A DNA stretch of 63,920 nucleotides, the filler included, from Lama guanicoe (taxonomy: Eukaryota), in assembly GCA_013239625.1 (NCBI GenBank). It is 166 parts of 166 records of this genome, joined end to end, with 100 filler letters (N's around TTAATTAATTAA, not from the genome) between each part and the next. Parts side by side here need not be neighbours in the genome. Positions count along the whole stretch, not along the records: positions 12,319 to 12,603 come from PNXV01053101.1; positions 12,704 to 12,988 come from PNXV01053102.1; positions 13,089 to 13,373 come from PNXV01053103.1; positions 13,474 to 13,758 come from PNXV01053104.1; positions 13,859 to 14,143 come from PNXV01053105.1; positions 14,244 to 14,528 come from PNXV01053106.1; positions 14,629 to 14,913 come from PNXV01053107.1; positions 15,014 to 15,298 come from PNXV01053108.1; 158 more parts are not named here. One strand, 5' to 3'. The position numbers and the translations under genes are program-made. Below are positions 12,219 to 25,704 of the stretch, piece by piece. The notes under the pieces were generated by a model. It had not been told where the DNA came from. It ran no database searches and saw only the letters and a program-made list of their open reading frames with translations. The first letter of the stretch is position 1. The number at the start of each line of letters is the position of its first letter.

Positions 12219-14243
12219 NNNNNNNNNNNNNNNNNNNNNNNNNNNNNNNNNNNNNNNNNNNNTTAATTAATTAANNNNNNNNNNNNNNNNNNNNNNNNNN
12301 NNNNNNNNNNNNNNNNNNGTAGAATGGCTCTCATTCTGGATTTGTCTTCTGTCTCCTCGTGACTGGATTCATGATCAACATTTTTGACATGAATACAGGT
12401 GAGATGGTTGAACCCTCACCGCACATCAGGAAGAACTAGTGCCAGGTGGTCCCATTACTACCATGTTTGGCTACTTGGTTACTTGGTCTGAGCTGACTCG
12501 TCTCATTGTAAAAACAGGCCTTTTCTTTTGTAAGGCGTACGTAATCATAAGATGGCACATGGAGACCAAACTTCCACCCACTAGTCTTAGTATCCATTAG
12601 CAGNNNNNNNNNNNNNNNNNNNNNNNNNNNNNNNNNNNNNNNNNNNNTTAATTAATTAANNNNNNNNNNNNNNNNNNNNNNNNNNNNNNNNNNNNNNNNN
12701 NNNCAACTTCCTACTTACTCTTTGCTGGGCATTGTGCCAGGTGCTTAATTCCGCAGAACAATCCTGTGATATAAAATAGGAGGATTAGCCCCCTCAAACA
12801 CGTAGTCCAGCAGGCCAAGGTCAGTGTCATAATGTGCTCTATATCACGCCCCTCGTAAACTGTTCAGTCAGGATTTAAACCCAGTCTGATTCTAGTATCT
12901 GGACTAATTCCACTATCGTATTATCTAGGGCTCCTAATTATGAATAGTAATAAATGTCCCCTTTTTTTGGCTTAAAAAACAGACATTTNNNNNNNNNNNN
13001 NNNNNNNNNNNNNNNNNNNNNNNNNNNNNNNNTTAATTAATTAANNNNNNNNNNNNNNNNNNNNNNNNNNNNNNNNNNNNNNNNNNNNATGCCCACCTGT
13101 CACCTGGGAGGTGTGGCCCCGGGGAGCCCCATTCCCAAACACTCTCTGATTATCCAAGAATCCTGAAATGTGGGTGCTGCAGAGAATCACTGGGCAGATG
13201 AGAACCCAGGGCCGGGAAAGGGGAAGGGGCTCAGAGTTAAGGAGAGGGGGCCTGGGGCCTGCATCCCTTCCCCTTGGGCTGGTGTGGCCCCAGTTTCCCC
13301 ATGAATCCCCCACACAGGCTCTCAGTCATCTCACTGGAGAGACTCAGAGGTGCTCACTTCCTCCTGAGTTAAANNNNNNNNNNNNNNNNNNNNNNNNNNN
13401 NNNNNNNNNNNNNNNNNTTAATTAATTAANNNNNNNNNNNNNNNNNNNNNNNNNNNNNNNNNNNNNNNNNNNNAATCTTCTAGGGAGGATTTACAAAATT
13501 AAGTCCTTGGTTTAGGGTTTCTCAGGTCACATAGGCAAAATAAATTCAAAATCTCAAATTCATTTTTAGATAATCTTATGATTATGAATTTTGATCATTA
13601 ATTTTCTCGTCATCCCAAACCTTGTTTCCTTATTGGCTTTTTAAAAAATTTAGGTATAATTAAGTTTAATGAAATGCACAGGTTTTAGGTCTACAGTTTA
13701 GTGGATTCTGACATATGTATACCTCTGTGTTTTCAAATAGCAGTCAAAATATAGAATGNNNNNNNNNNNNNNNNNNNNNNNNNNNNNNNNNNNNNNNNNN
13801 NNTTAATTAATTAANNNNNNNNNNNNNNNNNNNNNNNNNNNNNNNNNNNNNNNNNNNNTGAGACTTCCAATGGCTGTCCATCTTTGTCAGTGGTCAATGT
13901 TTATTTTACAGACTAAGGATTAGTGCTATTGCACTGCAGTTTTCAAAACATGCAGTCACCCCTTGGTTACATAATATAGAATTCTGAGTGTGCATTTCCT
14001 TCTTTAGTAAATTTGCAAGTTGTGCCACCATGACCACAAATCAATTTTTGAATATTTCCATCACTCCAGTAAGTTCCCTTGTGCCCGTTAGCCGTCAGCC
14101 ATCTCTACTGTCTCCAGCCCCAGGCAATCAGTCTGCTTTCAGTNNNNNNNNNNNNNNNNNNNNNNNNNNNNNNNNNNNNNNNNNNNNTTAATTAATTAAN
14201 NNNNNNNNNNNNNNNNNNNNNNNNNNNNNNNNNNNNNNNNNNN

Positions 14244-14528
14244 GGCAGAGATTGGAGCAATGCTTCCACATTCACGGACAGCCAGGAGCCAGCAGAAACT
14301 GGAAAAGACAAGAAAGATTCCCTTTGGCGCTGCTTTTTCTCCTTGGTTTCTCCCCGTGCCTTCACGTGGTCTCCCCTCGGTGCGTACCTGGGTCCTAAAC
14401 TGCTCCTCCTTTAGAGACATCAGTCAGATGGAAACAGGGCCCATTCACATGGTCTCATTTTACCTGAATCTTCTCTGTTAAGCCCCTATCTCCAAATACA
14501 GACACATTCTGAGGTCCTGGGAGTCAGG
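14244..14528. mobile_element. Two MLT1 (MaLR) LTR segments in opposite orientation
   Basis: ggcagagattggag...gaaactggaaaagacaagaaagattccc is followed by ...gacatcagtc...ggccc...tctccaaataca..cacattctgaggtcctgggag from the opposite LTR strand. Confidence 0.7.
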
Positions 14529-15783
14529 NNNNNNNNNNNNNNNNNNNNNNNNNNNNNNNNNNNNNNNNNNNNTTAATTAATTAANNNNNNNNNNNNNNNN
14601 NNNNNNNNNNNNNNNNNNNNNNNNNNNNAAGGGTAAAAGAACATTCCAGGGCATTTAGTTCTCATGGTTGCTAAGATCTTCCTCTGTTTGGGGCAGATGC
14701 TCTGTTGCTAGTTTTTGGTGGTATTAAAGAGGACTGTTGGAACATCTTTGCTCACATGCTTTTCTTTATCTTCTGGGTCGTTTCCTTGGGGATGTAGCCC
14801 TGAAAGGAAACGGCTGTGTCCAAGGGTGGGAATGGTCACTGGGTGCTTCTTACCCTGCGGGACTGTTGTTTGTGAAAGGACCATCTGAGTTGTGAATTCA
14901 GAATTGGAGTCAGNNNNNNNNNNNNNNNNNNNNNNNNNNNNNNNNNNNNNNNNNNNNTTAATTAATTAANNNNNNNNNNNNNNNNNNNNNNNNNNNNNNN
15001 NNNNNNNNNNNNNTACTGTGTAGCTCAGGGGACTATATTCAATATCCTGCAATACACCATAATGGAAAAGGATGTGTATTGTATGTATAATTTTGAAAAA
15101 GAACACTGGTATGTGTATACATGCAGAAACAGAAATTGCTCCAACTTGCTGCTCTGATGGTTTTCTGTGTGGTGGGATGAAGGATGCTTTTCATATTCTT
15201 CTTTATTTTCTAAAATGAATAGGTATTACCGTTTACTTAGGGAAAATAAGTATTATTTCAGAAAAACAGGTTAGGTTTTATCTTCGGACACTGAAATGNN
15301 NNNNNNNNNNNNNNNNNNNNNNNNNNNNNNNNNNNNNNNNNNTTAATTAATTAANNNNNNNNNNNNNNNNNNNNNNNNNNNNNNNNNNNNNNNNNNNNAT
15401 AGTTCAGATGCGTTTTCTAATGGAAGGATATTATACTGTTAACATAAATCACACGTCAGAATATTTTACTAATTTTGAAAAGATTTAGAGGAAAGAACTG
15501 TATTAATTTAATATTCTGCCCACTTGAGTTTAATTTGTAAATTGTTAGTAAACAAATGAGCTATGATGTGCTTCAGCAAACTCCTTAAAAACTAACAAGA
15601 AGACTTCGTGGGGAGAAATTATGTCTTTGTTACCGCAGTAAACCAAAGTGGCAAACTGTTAGTTGGTCAGCTGTGATTTTTTTNNNNNNNNNNNNNNNNN
15701 NNNNNNNNNNNNNNNNNNNNNNNNNNNTTAATTAATTAANNNNNNNNNNNNNNNNNNNNNNNNNNNNNNNNNNNNNNNNNNNN

Positions 15784-16068
<285 letters not shown>

Positions 16069-18093
16069 NNNNNNNNNNNNNNNNNNNNNNNNNNNNNNNN
16101 NNNNNNNNNNNNTTAATTAATTAANNNNNNNNNNNNNNNNNNNNNNNNNNNNNNNNNNNNNNNNNNNNAAAGTGCCTGCCCCAAGTTCTGCATGGAATCA
16201 TTCAGAGCACTTGGAAATGAATCACGATCATTATGAAGCAGAAGACCTAGCGAACCTTTGGCCATACGCAGCCCTGCTTTCATGCTCTTCAACATTCAAA
16301 ATTGCCCACTTCCTTTCCTTTGAGCACCCTGCAAACAACAGGCAGCCTAGGAATGCTTTGTCATGGAGGTGAAGCCACAGAAAAGATTGTGGCCACCAGC
16401 TAATACCCAGAAAATCAATGGGATAGGAAGGAACAGGGCCCAGGTATGGAGGANNNNNNNNNNNNNNNNNNNNNNNNNNNNNNNNNNNNNNNNNNNNTTA
16501 ATTAATTAANNNNNNNNNNNNNNNNNNNNNNNNNNNNNNNNNNNNNNNNNNNNTGTGATGTATTCAACAGTATGAAACAGCCAATCCCCAAACAGAAAGA
16601 AGCAAGTCAACTTAATGCTACATCAGATAAGGAACCTATCTACCCCTCTGGTAGGAAAAAAATGATTCCAAGGAAGTGAATAAACACACGCCCATCCTTA
16701 GCAGGTGTGTTTCCAAGAATAGGAAGAAATGCAAATGAATCTGACTCTCCACCCAGAAGGTCTTCTGGGCGAATCCCATCACTACATTGAATGATAAAGC
16801 ACGAAAGAAAATGCATCAGTGCTGTTAGAGGCCAAGGTNNNNNNNNNNNNNNNNNNNNNNNNNNNNNNNNNNNNNNNNNNNNTTAATTAATTAANNNNNN
16901 NNNNNNNNNNNNNNNNNNNNNNNNNNNNNNNNNNNNNNTGGGGCTCTCTGGATTGTCTAAGAGAAGGGACTGATGTAGATTCATTCACACATCTCACATT
17001 GATAGACACTGGTCTGACATTGATTTGACATTGATGGGATTAAGGGTTAAGAATCCCCCTTGCTCTTCAGTCACATAGAGGCAGGGTGTCAGGGAAAGAA
17101 TATTCTGGGCAGAGAATATTGTACGGCATGGAAGTCTGACCCTGTGGGACTCATAAAGCAGTTCCACGTGGATAAAGGACAGGGTTCAGGATGGGCAGGG
17201 CTAAGATGAGAGGAAAAGGCAGGNNNNNNNNNNNNNNNNNNNNNNNNNNNNNNNNNNNNNNNNNNNNTTAATTAATTAANNNNNNNNNNNNNNNNNNNNN
17301 NNNNNNNNNNNNNNNNNNNNNNNCCACAGAAATATGCTTTGAATGTTCTCAGTAGGAGCAAATTTTGCCTTATACTGATAAATTTAAGTTTTAGAAACAA
17401 GAGAGAACCTACCATTGTAAGGAAGAGCATGGGCCTTACAATTAACAAATTGAGTTTCATTTCTGGTAATTTAACATTGGACAGTGTGTTTGGTTACACT
17501 GCAACTGAAATGACTGAGTATAGAGTAGTTAGCTTAGTACCTGGATGTCTCAGTCCTGAAGTTTACTTCTGTTGTTCTTGTTATCATTAGTAGACTAACA
17601 CATGACTTNNNNNNNNNNNNNNNNNNNNNNNNNNNNNNNNNNNNNNNNNNNNTTAATTAATTAANNNNNNNNNNNNNNNNNNNNNNNNNNNNNNNNNNNN
17701 NNNNNNNNATGAACGTGCAAGAGCGCCGCCCACAGATGCAGCCTCTGCCCGGAGGACACGTGACAGCCATAGGGGCTCCCTGGTCAGAAGCCCGAGCTCC
17801 CGGCGCCCATGGCTCCTGGCGGCAAACGCCTGTATAACCAAACGTTGGTCCCACATGTAAGCTCTCGGGGAGGCTGCAGCCCAGGTGTCTTCACAAAGTC
17901 AATACAGTTAAAATAAAATACCTGAGTCTGGGAATCGGCTTCAGTCTTTAGATCCTGGAAAACAGTAACTGAAACTAGCAGTCACTGAGACACNNNNNNN
18001 NNNNNNNNNNNNNNNNNNNNNNNNNNNNNNNNNNNNNTTAATTAATTAANNNNNNNNNNNNNNNNNNNNNNNNNNNNNNNNNNNNNNNNNNNN

Positions 18094-18378
18094 TTGCCAT
18101 TTGCAACAATGTGGATGGACTTGCAGTGTATTATGCTAAGTGAAATAATTCAGAGGAACACAGATTCTGTATGATATCACTTATATGTGGAATCCAAAAA
18201 ATTACAGCAAACTAGTGAGTATAACAAAAAAGAAGCAGACTCACAGATAAAGAGAACAAACTAGTAGTAACCAGTGGGGAGAGAGAAGCAGGGAGAGGCA
18301 AGGTAGAGGTAGGGGATTAAGAGGTACAAACTATTATATGTAAAATAAGCCTCAAGGATCTATTGTACAGCACAGGGA
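18094..18378 (+). mobile_element. LINE-1 ORF2 end and 3'UTR
   Basis: ttgccatttgcaacaatgtggatggac...tatgctaagtgaaataa...cagactcacagata.agagaacaaactag...attgtacagcacaggga. Confidence 0.92.
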
Positions 18379-19633
18379 NNNNNNNNNNNNNNNNNNNNNN
18401 NNNNNNNNNNNNNNNNNNNNNNTTAATTAATTAANNNNNNNNNNNNNNNNNNNNNNNNNNNNNNNNNNNNNNNNNNNNTCTTCCAAGGGCTTCTGGTCTC
18501 TGAGGGGAGGCCTGTGTAGGGTTTGGTCCAGAGAGGTCAGCCCTAGGACAAGAACACACCTGGCACCTTTATCCTCTGGGTTCTGAACTCCCAGCCTCAC
18601 ACTCTTCGTCTCGTAAAACAAAAAAGTTAATACCTCATAAAATACTGTCAGTTACACGGCTTTGGCCCCCTCATGCTACAAGTCATTGGGTGCAAAGAAC
18701 ACTGATTTTGGTTACTATTATTGACATTAACATTATTAACATTAATGATATTAAATAACATTANNNNNNNNNNNNNNNNNNNNNNNNNNNNNNNNNNNNN
18801 NNNNNNNTTAATTAATTAANNNNNNNNNNNNNNNNNNNNNNNNNNNNNNNNNNNNNNNNNNNNCCACATGGAAATTTTGATCGAAGCATTTAGTCACCTG
18901 TTACTAAAGGTTCTCCAAACTATGAAAGTTGAAAGAGAGTCCGCATGTCATTTCACTCATGGGGATTTTTTTATCTAGTCACGTGGGCCATCCTAGTCTC
19001 TGGGAAATTCACCTATATTTGACATTGTTACTTCCTCTTTTATCAGAGCACAGACATTGGCTGTGTGGTGTTTTTATCTCATTGAAAAAATAACCCAACA
19101 CAACTATTATGGTTTCATTGCCCTGTAGATTATTTACCAGTTTTGTATNNNNNNNNNNNNNNNNNNNNNNNNNNNNNNNNNNNNNNNNNNNNTTAATTAA
19201 TTAANNNNNNNNNNNNNNNNNNNNNNNNNNNNNNNNNNNNNNNNNNNNGTATGAATAGCAAAGTGAACTGTCTTTGATTAACATTATGGCCAGTTTTAAA
19301 ACCCAAACTAGACCCCAAATTTCCTGGTCTAAAGCAGTACTCTTCCTACTATACCTGGAGCTTTCAAACTTTATCTTCTGAGCACGAGAAGACTCTCAAA
19401 ATCTGTGAAGGTCTGTCATAGGAAGAGAAAGGACAAAAATGTGGAGCCCTATGCCTTCTAAACGATTTCACAGTCAGAGGGCTTGTTTATGACTGTATTA
19501 TATTTTGAGATTTTCAAATCTAAAAAAAAAAAANNNNNNNNNNNNNNNNNNNNNNNNNNNNNNNNNNNNNNNNNNNNTTAATTAATTAANNNNNNNNNNN
19601 NNNNNNNNNNNNNNNNNNNNNNNNNNNNNNNNN

Positions 19634-19918
19634 ACTATCAAGCCATGAAAGACATGGAAGAAATTTAAAAGACATATTACTAGATGAAAGAAGCCAGTCT
19701 GAAAAGGTTACAAACTATACGATTCCAACCAAATGACGTTCAGGAAAAGGCACAGATACAGAAACAATAGAAAGATTGTGGTTTCCAAAGGTCTGGGGAG
19801 AGAGAGGGAGGGAGGGATGAATAGATGGAGCACAAGGGATTTTTAGAGCAAAGAAATTATTCTGTACGCTACTATAGTGGTGGCTACATGTCATTATGCA
19901 TTTATCAAAACCCATAGA
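19634..19918 (+). mobile_element. Ancient L1 (L1MC/L1MB-type) 3' end
   Basis: gaaagaagccagtctgaaaagg...tatacgattccaac...ggaaaaggca...tgtcattatgcattt..caaaacccataga. Confidence 0.85.
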
Positions 19919-20490
19919 NNNNNNNNNNNNNNNNNNNNNNNNNNNNNNNNNNNNNNNNNNNNTTAATTAATTAANNNNNNNNNNNNNNNNNNNNNNNNNN
20001 NNNNNNNNNNNNNNNNNNTTTGATGTATGATCCTGGAGGCTGTCCCTAATTTGAACTTTATAAAATGCAGAAAGGACCAGAGCCACCATTAGCCCGTCTG
20101 GGGCATTTTTATAAATTACACGAAGGGCCGGAAAGCTACTTGGAGAGGAACCTTTTTTGCTTTGCCCGGGACGTGCTTTGTCCACGCCGGGGCGAGTGGC
20201 CGTGACCGCTCGCCTGGTGAGGGGGAGGGGAGTTGGATTTCAGGCTCACTTGCACCCCTCCTCCCAGCGCCTTTGTAGAGACCATAAGCTGTATGTTGCA
20301 CGCANNNNNNNNNNNNNNNNNNNNNNNNNNNNNNNNNNNNNNNNNNNNTTAATTAATTAANNNNNNNNNNNNNNNNNNNNNNNNNNNNNNNNNNNNNNNN
20401 NNNNGCTAATGCCCTCACTCTCCTTGGCTGCACAATGCACCTGCACGGAACCAGGTGACAGGTGGTCCACGTACCGACCTGTATTTTCAG

Positions 20491-20609
20491 CTTATACTTA
20501 TCAGCCAAGTCGATGCTATGACTCCGCTTCAGACTGCACATATAAGGAATTGTCAGAGGGATGTCTCAAGAGTTACAAGACCGAGTGAAAAAGAAAAAAC
20601 ATATTTTAG
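20491..20609 (+). CDS. Candidate internal exon of an unidentified gene (119 bp)
   Basis: Acceptor ctgtattttcag before 20491 and donor AG|gtaaga after 20609. One frame is open throughout (LILISQVDAMTPLQTAHIRNCQRDVSRVTRPSEKEKTYF). No homology recognised. Confidence 0.3.
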
Positions 20610-22509
20610 GTAAGAGCCCATGGACAGGCCCCCGGGGCTGTCCTGGCTGGCACCATTCATAGGTCCCTTGCTCCTGATTTTTGCAGTTCNNNNNNNNNNN
20701 NNNNNNNNNNNNNNNNNNNNNNNNNNNNNNNNNTTAATTAATTAANNNNNNNNNNNNNNNNNNNNNNNNNNNNNNNNNNNNNNNNNNNNTTTGGTGTATT
20801 TGTGGGAGAGGGTGAGCTACAAGCATCCTTCTATTGTTCCATCTTGCTTCTCTCTGATGACTCATTTTAAGTGTATGTTTTACTGTAACAACCAAGAATA
20901 AATTAGTTACTTGGCAACCACAACACACTATTGTCTCATGATGGAGATTTCAACTGAATAAAGTTCAAAAAACTTATTTACACATGTTGTCTCTAACGTT
21001 TTCTCTCGTCTATGCAAGTGACATTAGGGTTTTTGATGCAGTGCAGGAATTTGCCTGAGGTTCAATTTATTATCNNNNNNNNNNNNNNNNNNNNNNNNNN
21101 NNNNNNNNNNNNNNNNNNTTAATTAATTAANNNNNNNNNNNNNNNNNNNNNNNNNNNNNNNNNNNNNNNNNNNNGATGTGATAGACAAAGATATAGAAGA
21201 GGAACATAAGTGTGGATGTGCTTTGAAACCTTGAACATTCAAATCCCCCTGAAATTTCTGGGTCAACAGGAAGGAGTAAGTCATGGAGCTGTTGGCATGC
21301 CTCAGGGGCTTGTGGGCTATTGGCTAGAGCATCAGTTCTTTGCCACGTGGCCCTCTCAACAGGTGAAGTTACAACATGTCAGCTCGTTTCCCCACACAAA
21401 CTTTGAGAAAATACATGTTGTTTTCAGGTGCTAATTCTTGGGGTAATTTGTTACACCACNNNNNNNNNNNNNNNNNNNNNNNNNNNNNNNNNNNNNNNNN
21501 NNNTTAATTAATTAANNNNNNNNNNNNNNNNNNNNNNNNNNNNNNNNNNNNNNNNNNNNGCGCAGTCTGCTGATGACTGGGAGCCGGGCATCCGTTATTC
21601 AGTTCACACCCAGACAGGAAAGGATGGAGGTGTGTGGTCTTTTGTCTCTCAGTGATAAAAACCCCCTTCCGGAATGGGTCCTCAAATGACGGGATGGGCC
21701 AACAGAGACGAAAGCGCAGCAAAGACACGAAACGCCATAACATCGAAAGTAAAATTAACATTCAGTGTGGATGGAGTCATGGGAGAACTAGCTGGTGGGG
21801 GGAAATGTTGGCACTACCACAGTCAAGAGACAGAACATGCAGTCANNNNNNNNNNNNNNNNNNNNNNNNNNNNNNNNNNNNNNNNNNNNTTAATTAATTA
21901 ANNNNNNNNNNNNNNNNNNNNNNNNNNNNNNNNNNNNNNNNNNNNATTTCAAAGAAATTTAGAGCTGAGAAAAACTTCAAAGGACATCAGGACCAAATCT
22001 TTCAATATGTAGATGAAGAAACAAAGGTCCTAGGACAGTGAAAGCCTCATTCTTGTCACAAGATCAAGCATCCAGGACCAGAGTCTGGGTCTCCTGACTC
22101 CCAGATGAGCTGTTCCCTGGCCATGCTTGGCCTCGACATCCTCTCCATTTATTTGAAAAGTCCTGGGCCTTGCCCATCTGACCTACCACCTCTCCATTGG
22201 CCTATGACTCTGCCACACCCACAGCAAGACTNNNNNNNNNNNNNNNNNNNNNNNNNNNNNNNNNNNNNNNNNNNNTTAATTAATTAANNNNNNNNNNNNN
22301 NNNNNNNNNNNNNNNNNNNNNNNNNNNNNNNCTCAGAAATTCTCCTTCTGGGACCCCACAGGGGAGGTGGGGAGAGTCCATCTTCAGTTTCTCACCAACT
22401 TGCCCTTCACTACCCTTCTTGCCAAAACCTTCTATGTCTTTATGCCAACACAACTCCCATGCCTGGCCCTTCTTGGACAAGAGACTCAGCTCAACATCTG
22501 TGCTTCCAC

Positions 22510-22617
22510 TGAGGGTTATGGAGTCAGAGTCCTGAGTTCACATCCCAGAATGGTTCTTGACCTGTGGGATGACCTTGGCAATACACTTAACCTCTCTGAG
22601 ACTCAGTTTCTTTAACT
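22510..22617 (+). mobile_element. MIR SINE fragment
   Basis: ggagtcagagtcctgagttcacatcccag...gaccttggcaa..cacttaacctctctgagactcagtttc, the MIR core. Confidence 0.8.
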
Positions 22618-23103
22618 NNNNNNNNNNNNNNNNNNNNNNNNNNNNNNNNNNNNNNNNNNNNTTAATTAATTAANNNNNNNNNNNNNNNNNNNNNNNNNNN
22701 NNNNNNNNNNNNNNNNNATTTCAGGAGCCTCCTTTCTGGCTCAGGGACCCCAAAACAGGCATCCCCCAAGCCTAACCTGTATATCCTGTGGAAACACTCT
22801 TCATTCGGACACTGTCCTATTGGACACTGAAGCTACCTTAAGTTGTAGCTTCATACTTCACTGCCCCGATGTTGACACATACATGCTCCTGTGGCTTTTC
22901 TACTGAACCCCTATATATCCTCCCCAGTCATCATGTCCCTCAGGGCTATCATTTCATCACCCACCACCTATGTTTTCATCTCCTCCCAGGATTGCCCACA
23001 ACANNNNNNNNNNNNNNNNNNNNNNNNNNNNNNNNNNNNNNNNNNNNTTAATTAATTAANNNNNNNNNNNNNNNNNNNNNNNNNNNNNNNNNNNNNNNNN
23101 NNN

Positions 23104-23388
23104 GACAGGAGTGTGCAGGCCCAGGAGTGTACATGCCCAGGGCTGTGCAGGCGAAGCAGCGTGCCGCCTCAGGAGTGTGGCGGCTAGGTGGGAACAGGCC
23201 TAGGGTTGTGCAGGCATACGTGGGAGCAGGCCCAGGATTCTACAAGCCCAAGTTCATGCAGGCCCAGGTGTGCGCAGGTCCAGGAGTGTGTAGGACCAGG
23301 TGTGTGCTGTCCCTGGAGTGTGCAGGCCCATGTGTGTGCAGGCCCTGCAGTTTATAGACACCGGAGTGTGCAGAGACAGGGGTGTGCA
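23104..23388 (+). repeat. 16-bp-unit diverged satellite or minisatellite (consensus CAGGAGTGTGCAGGCC)
   Basis: About 18 consecutive degenerate units fill the contig: caggagtgtgcaggcc, caggagtgtacatgcc, cagggctgtgcaggcg and so on. Confidence 0.92.
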
Positions 23389-24719
23389 NNNNNNNNNNNN
23401 NNNNNNNNNNNNNNNNNNNNNNNNNNNNNNNNTTAATTAATTAANNNNNNNNNNNNNNNNNNNNNNNNNNNNNNNNNNNNNNNNNNNNTTCATGAGTGTT
23501 TAAACATTTTAATGAATATGTTATTTACAGTAATAAAGTCAGAGTCTGCTATTAAATTAATAGAGCAGTGTAACCAAGAATCCCATAACAGCAGTTTATC
23601 CCTTCTCAGTCTTACTGAGTTCTAAACACAAGATTCCTGGCCATTTGAATCCTCTGCTAGTCTATAGATGTTGCCTAAATGCTCTTTGGCTGCAAATGAT
23701 CATCAAATTCAAATTAGCGTGTGTAGGTGTACGTGTGCTTATGTTTGTGTGCATATTTCTGTATCTTACGCTTANNNNNNNNNNNNNNNNNNNNNNNNNN
23801 NNNNNNNNNNNNNNNNNNTTAATTAATTAANNNNNNNNNNNNNNNNNNNNNNNNNNNNNNNNNNNNNNNNNNNNCAGGAAAGCTGGCTTTTATTCCCAGA
23901 TCCTTAGAGTAAAATATCACTTCGATGCTTTGCAAGGGTCCCATCGAATCTTTTAACTCCTGATCGGGTGGGTGTGGGAGGCTGATTTTTGCTGGGAGTC
24001 TGGTAGATGAGAATATGTGGTTTAACATAACGGTTATGATTCCTCACCGTGTGGAATTGTCTTTATTCAGATAATTTAATTCAATCTTAATGTCAACTGT
24101 CTTTAAAAGCTCCAGGAGTGTTGGTTATTGGATGTTACACGGAGAGAAGAAAAAATAAATNNNNNNNNNNNNNNNNNNNNNNNNNNNNNNNNNNNNNNNN
24201 NNNNTTAATTAATTAANNNNNNNNNNNNNNNNNNNNNNNNNNNNNNNNNNNNNNNNNNNNACCCTACAGTATTTTGTATAAAGGGACAACTGTGAGTAGT
24301 TTTTACTATCAAAGAAATTACTGGGAAGTCCACAAATTTTCAAAACAACCATATCAATACCACGGCAGAGAAGTTGATAAGGCAGACATCAAACCTTGCT
24401 ATAGAAGCCAAGACTCTCCCAGACCAAGGGCAACCAGAGTTGTGATGTTGATCGCCCCTGTAGGAATCCACTCATTATTAAGAGGCACTATGGGATAAGT
24501 ACACCAGTAGCCAGCAAGTCTTGGATCCTGTGCACGACCTGGGATGNNNNNNNNNNNNNNNNNNNNNNNNNNNNNNNNNNNNNNNNNNNNTTAATTAATT
24601 AANNNNNNNNNNNNNNNNNNNNNNNNNNNNNNNNNNNNNNNNNNNNAATCCTTCCTGCTCCCAATCTTTGGCTTGGTTGTGTCTTTTGGCTCAACGTCTA
24701 CCAAGAGGCGAACCCAGTT

Positions 24720-24932
24720 TTTGGATAACACTCTGTATTTATACCTGACTGGCTACAGATTGGAGCTTCCAACAACCCCCTCCTTGGGTTCGATTAATTT
24801 GCCACAGTGGCACACAGAACTTAGAGAAACATTTCACTTACTAGATCACTGGTTTATTATGAAAGGACATAACTCAGGAACAGTCACATAGAAGAGCTGC
24901 ACAGGGCAGAGCTTCCATGCCCTCTCCAGGTG
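24720..24932. mobile_element. MER21-like ERV LTR fragment
   Basis: accccctccttgggttcgattaatttgc...cacagaacttagagaaaca...ataactcaggaacag...agcttccatgccctctccagg. A related segment in the opposite orientation lies near 37000-37070. Confidence 0.7.
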
Positions 24933-25418
24933 NNNNNNNNNNNNNNNNNNNNNNNNNNNNNNNNNNNNNNNNNNNNTTAATTAATTAANNNNNNNNNNNN
25001 NNNNNNNNNNNNNNNNNNNNNNNNNNNNNNNNAATCCCCAGAGTTTATAACAGTACCTGGCACAAAGCAGAGCACAAATATATATTATTTGTTGAATAAA
25101 TGAAAAACTTCCAAAAAAGCCTTTTTTACACACTGTGTCTCCCAAGAACTTCTCTTCACAGCAGTTTTGGGTTTTGTTGGTGGTGGTGGTGGTGGTGGTT
25201 TCTTTTTTTTAATCAAATCCTCAGTCGCAAACACCAGACATCTCTTCTCCCTCTCTGGCTGGAGCCTCGTGGCGGAGCCCCAGGGAGCACTTGTTACAGC
25301 ATGTGCTGCCAATTATGANNNNNNNNNNNNNNNNNNNNNNNNNNNNNNNNNNNNNNNNNNNNTTAATTAATTAANNNNNNNNNNNNNNNNNNNNNNNNNN
25401 NNNNNNNNNNNNNNNNNN

Positions 25419-25704
25419 CATTCTCTCCCCTCCGGGCCTCTGGCCTGGCTGGTCCCTCTGCCTGGAACATCCTCAATGTCTTCCTCCCTTGTCTCCTTCA
25501 AGTGGTAGCTCAACCGTCTCACTGTGGTCCACCCTGACCACCCACCCAGCTTACATAACCTGCCCTGGCTCTTCCTTAGCCCTGATTATCTTCTTCCATG
25601 CCAAACACTTTATGGTTTATGGGGTTTATTGCACTTCTAATAGATGTTTGTTTTGTTATGCCCCTCCAAACTGTCGTCTCCACGTGGGCAAGACTTTTGC
25701 TAGA
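25419..25704. mobile_element. LINE-2 3' region, degenerate
   Basis: ggcctctggcctggctggtccctctgcctggaac...ccaaactg..ctccacgtgggcaagactttg matches the L2 tail pattern. Confidence 0.6.

Noticed and set aside
20182..20220. GC-rich hairpin GGCGAGTGG...CCGCTCGCC
   Set aside because: Short imperfect stem with no recognisable ncRNA or pre-miRNA context; expected by chance.
23127..23436. Cys/Gly/Ala-rich ORFs resembling keratin-associated proteins (also 61259-61657)
   Set aside because: They are translations of a 16-bp satellite whose unit is not a multiple of three.
25085..25370. ORFs with poly-Pro, poly-Trp or poly-Gly
   Set aside because: Produced by a (GGT)n microsatellite at about 25178-25199.
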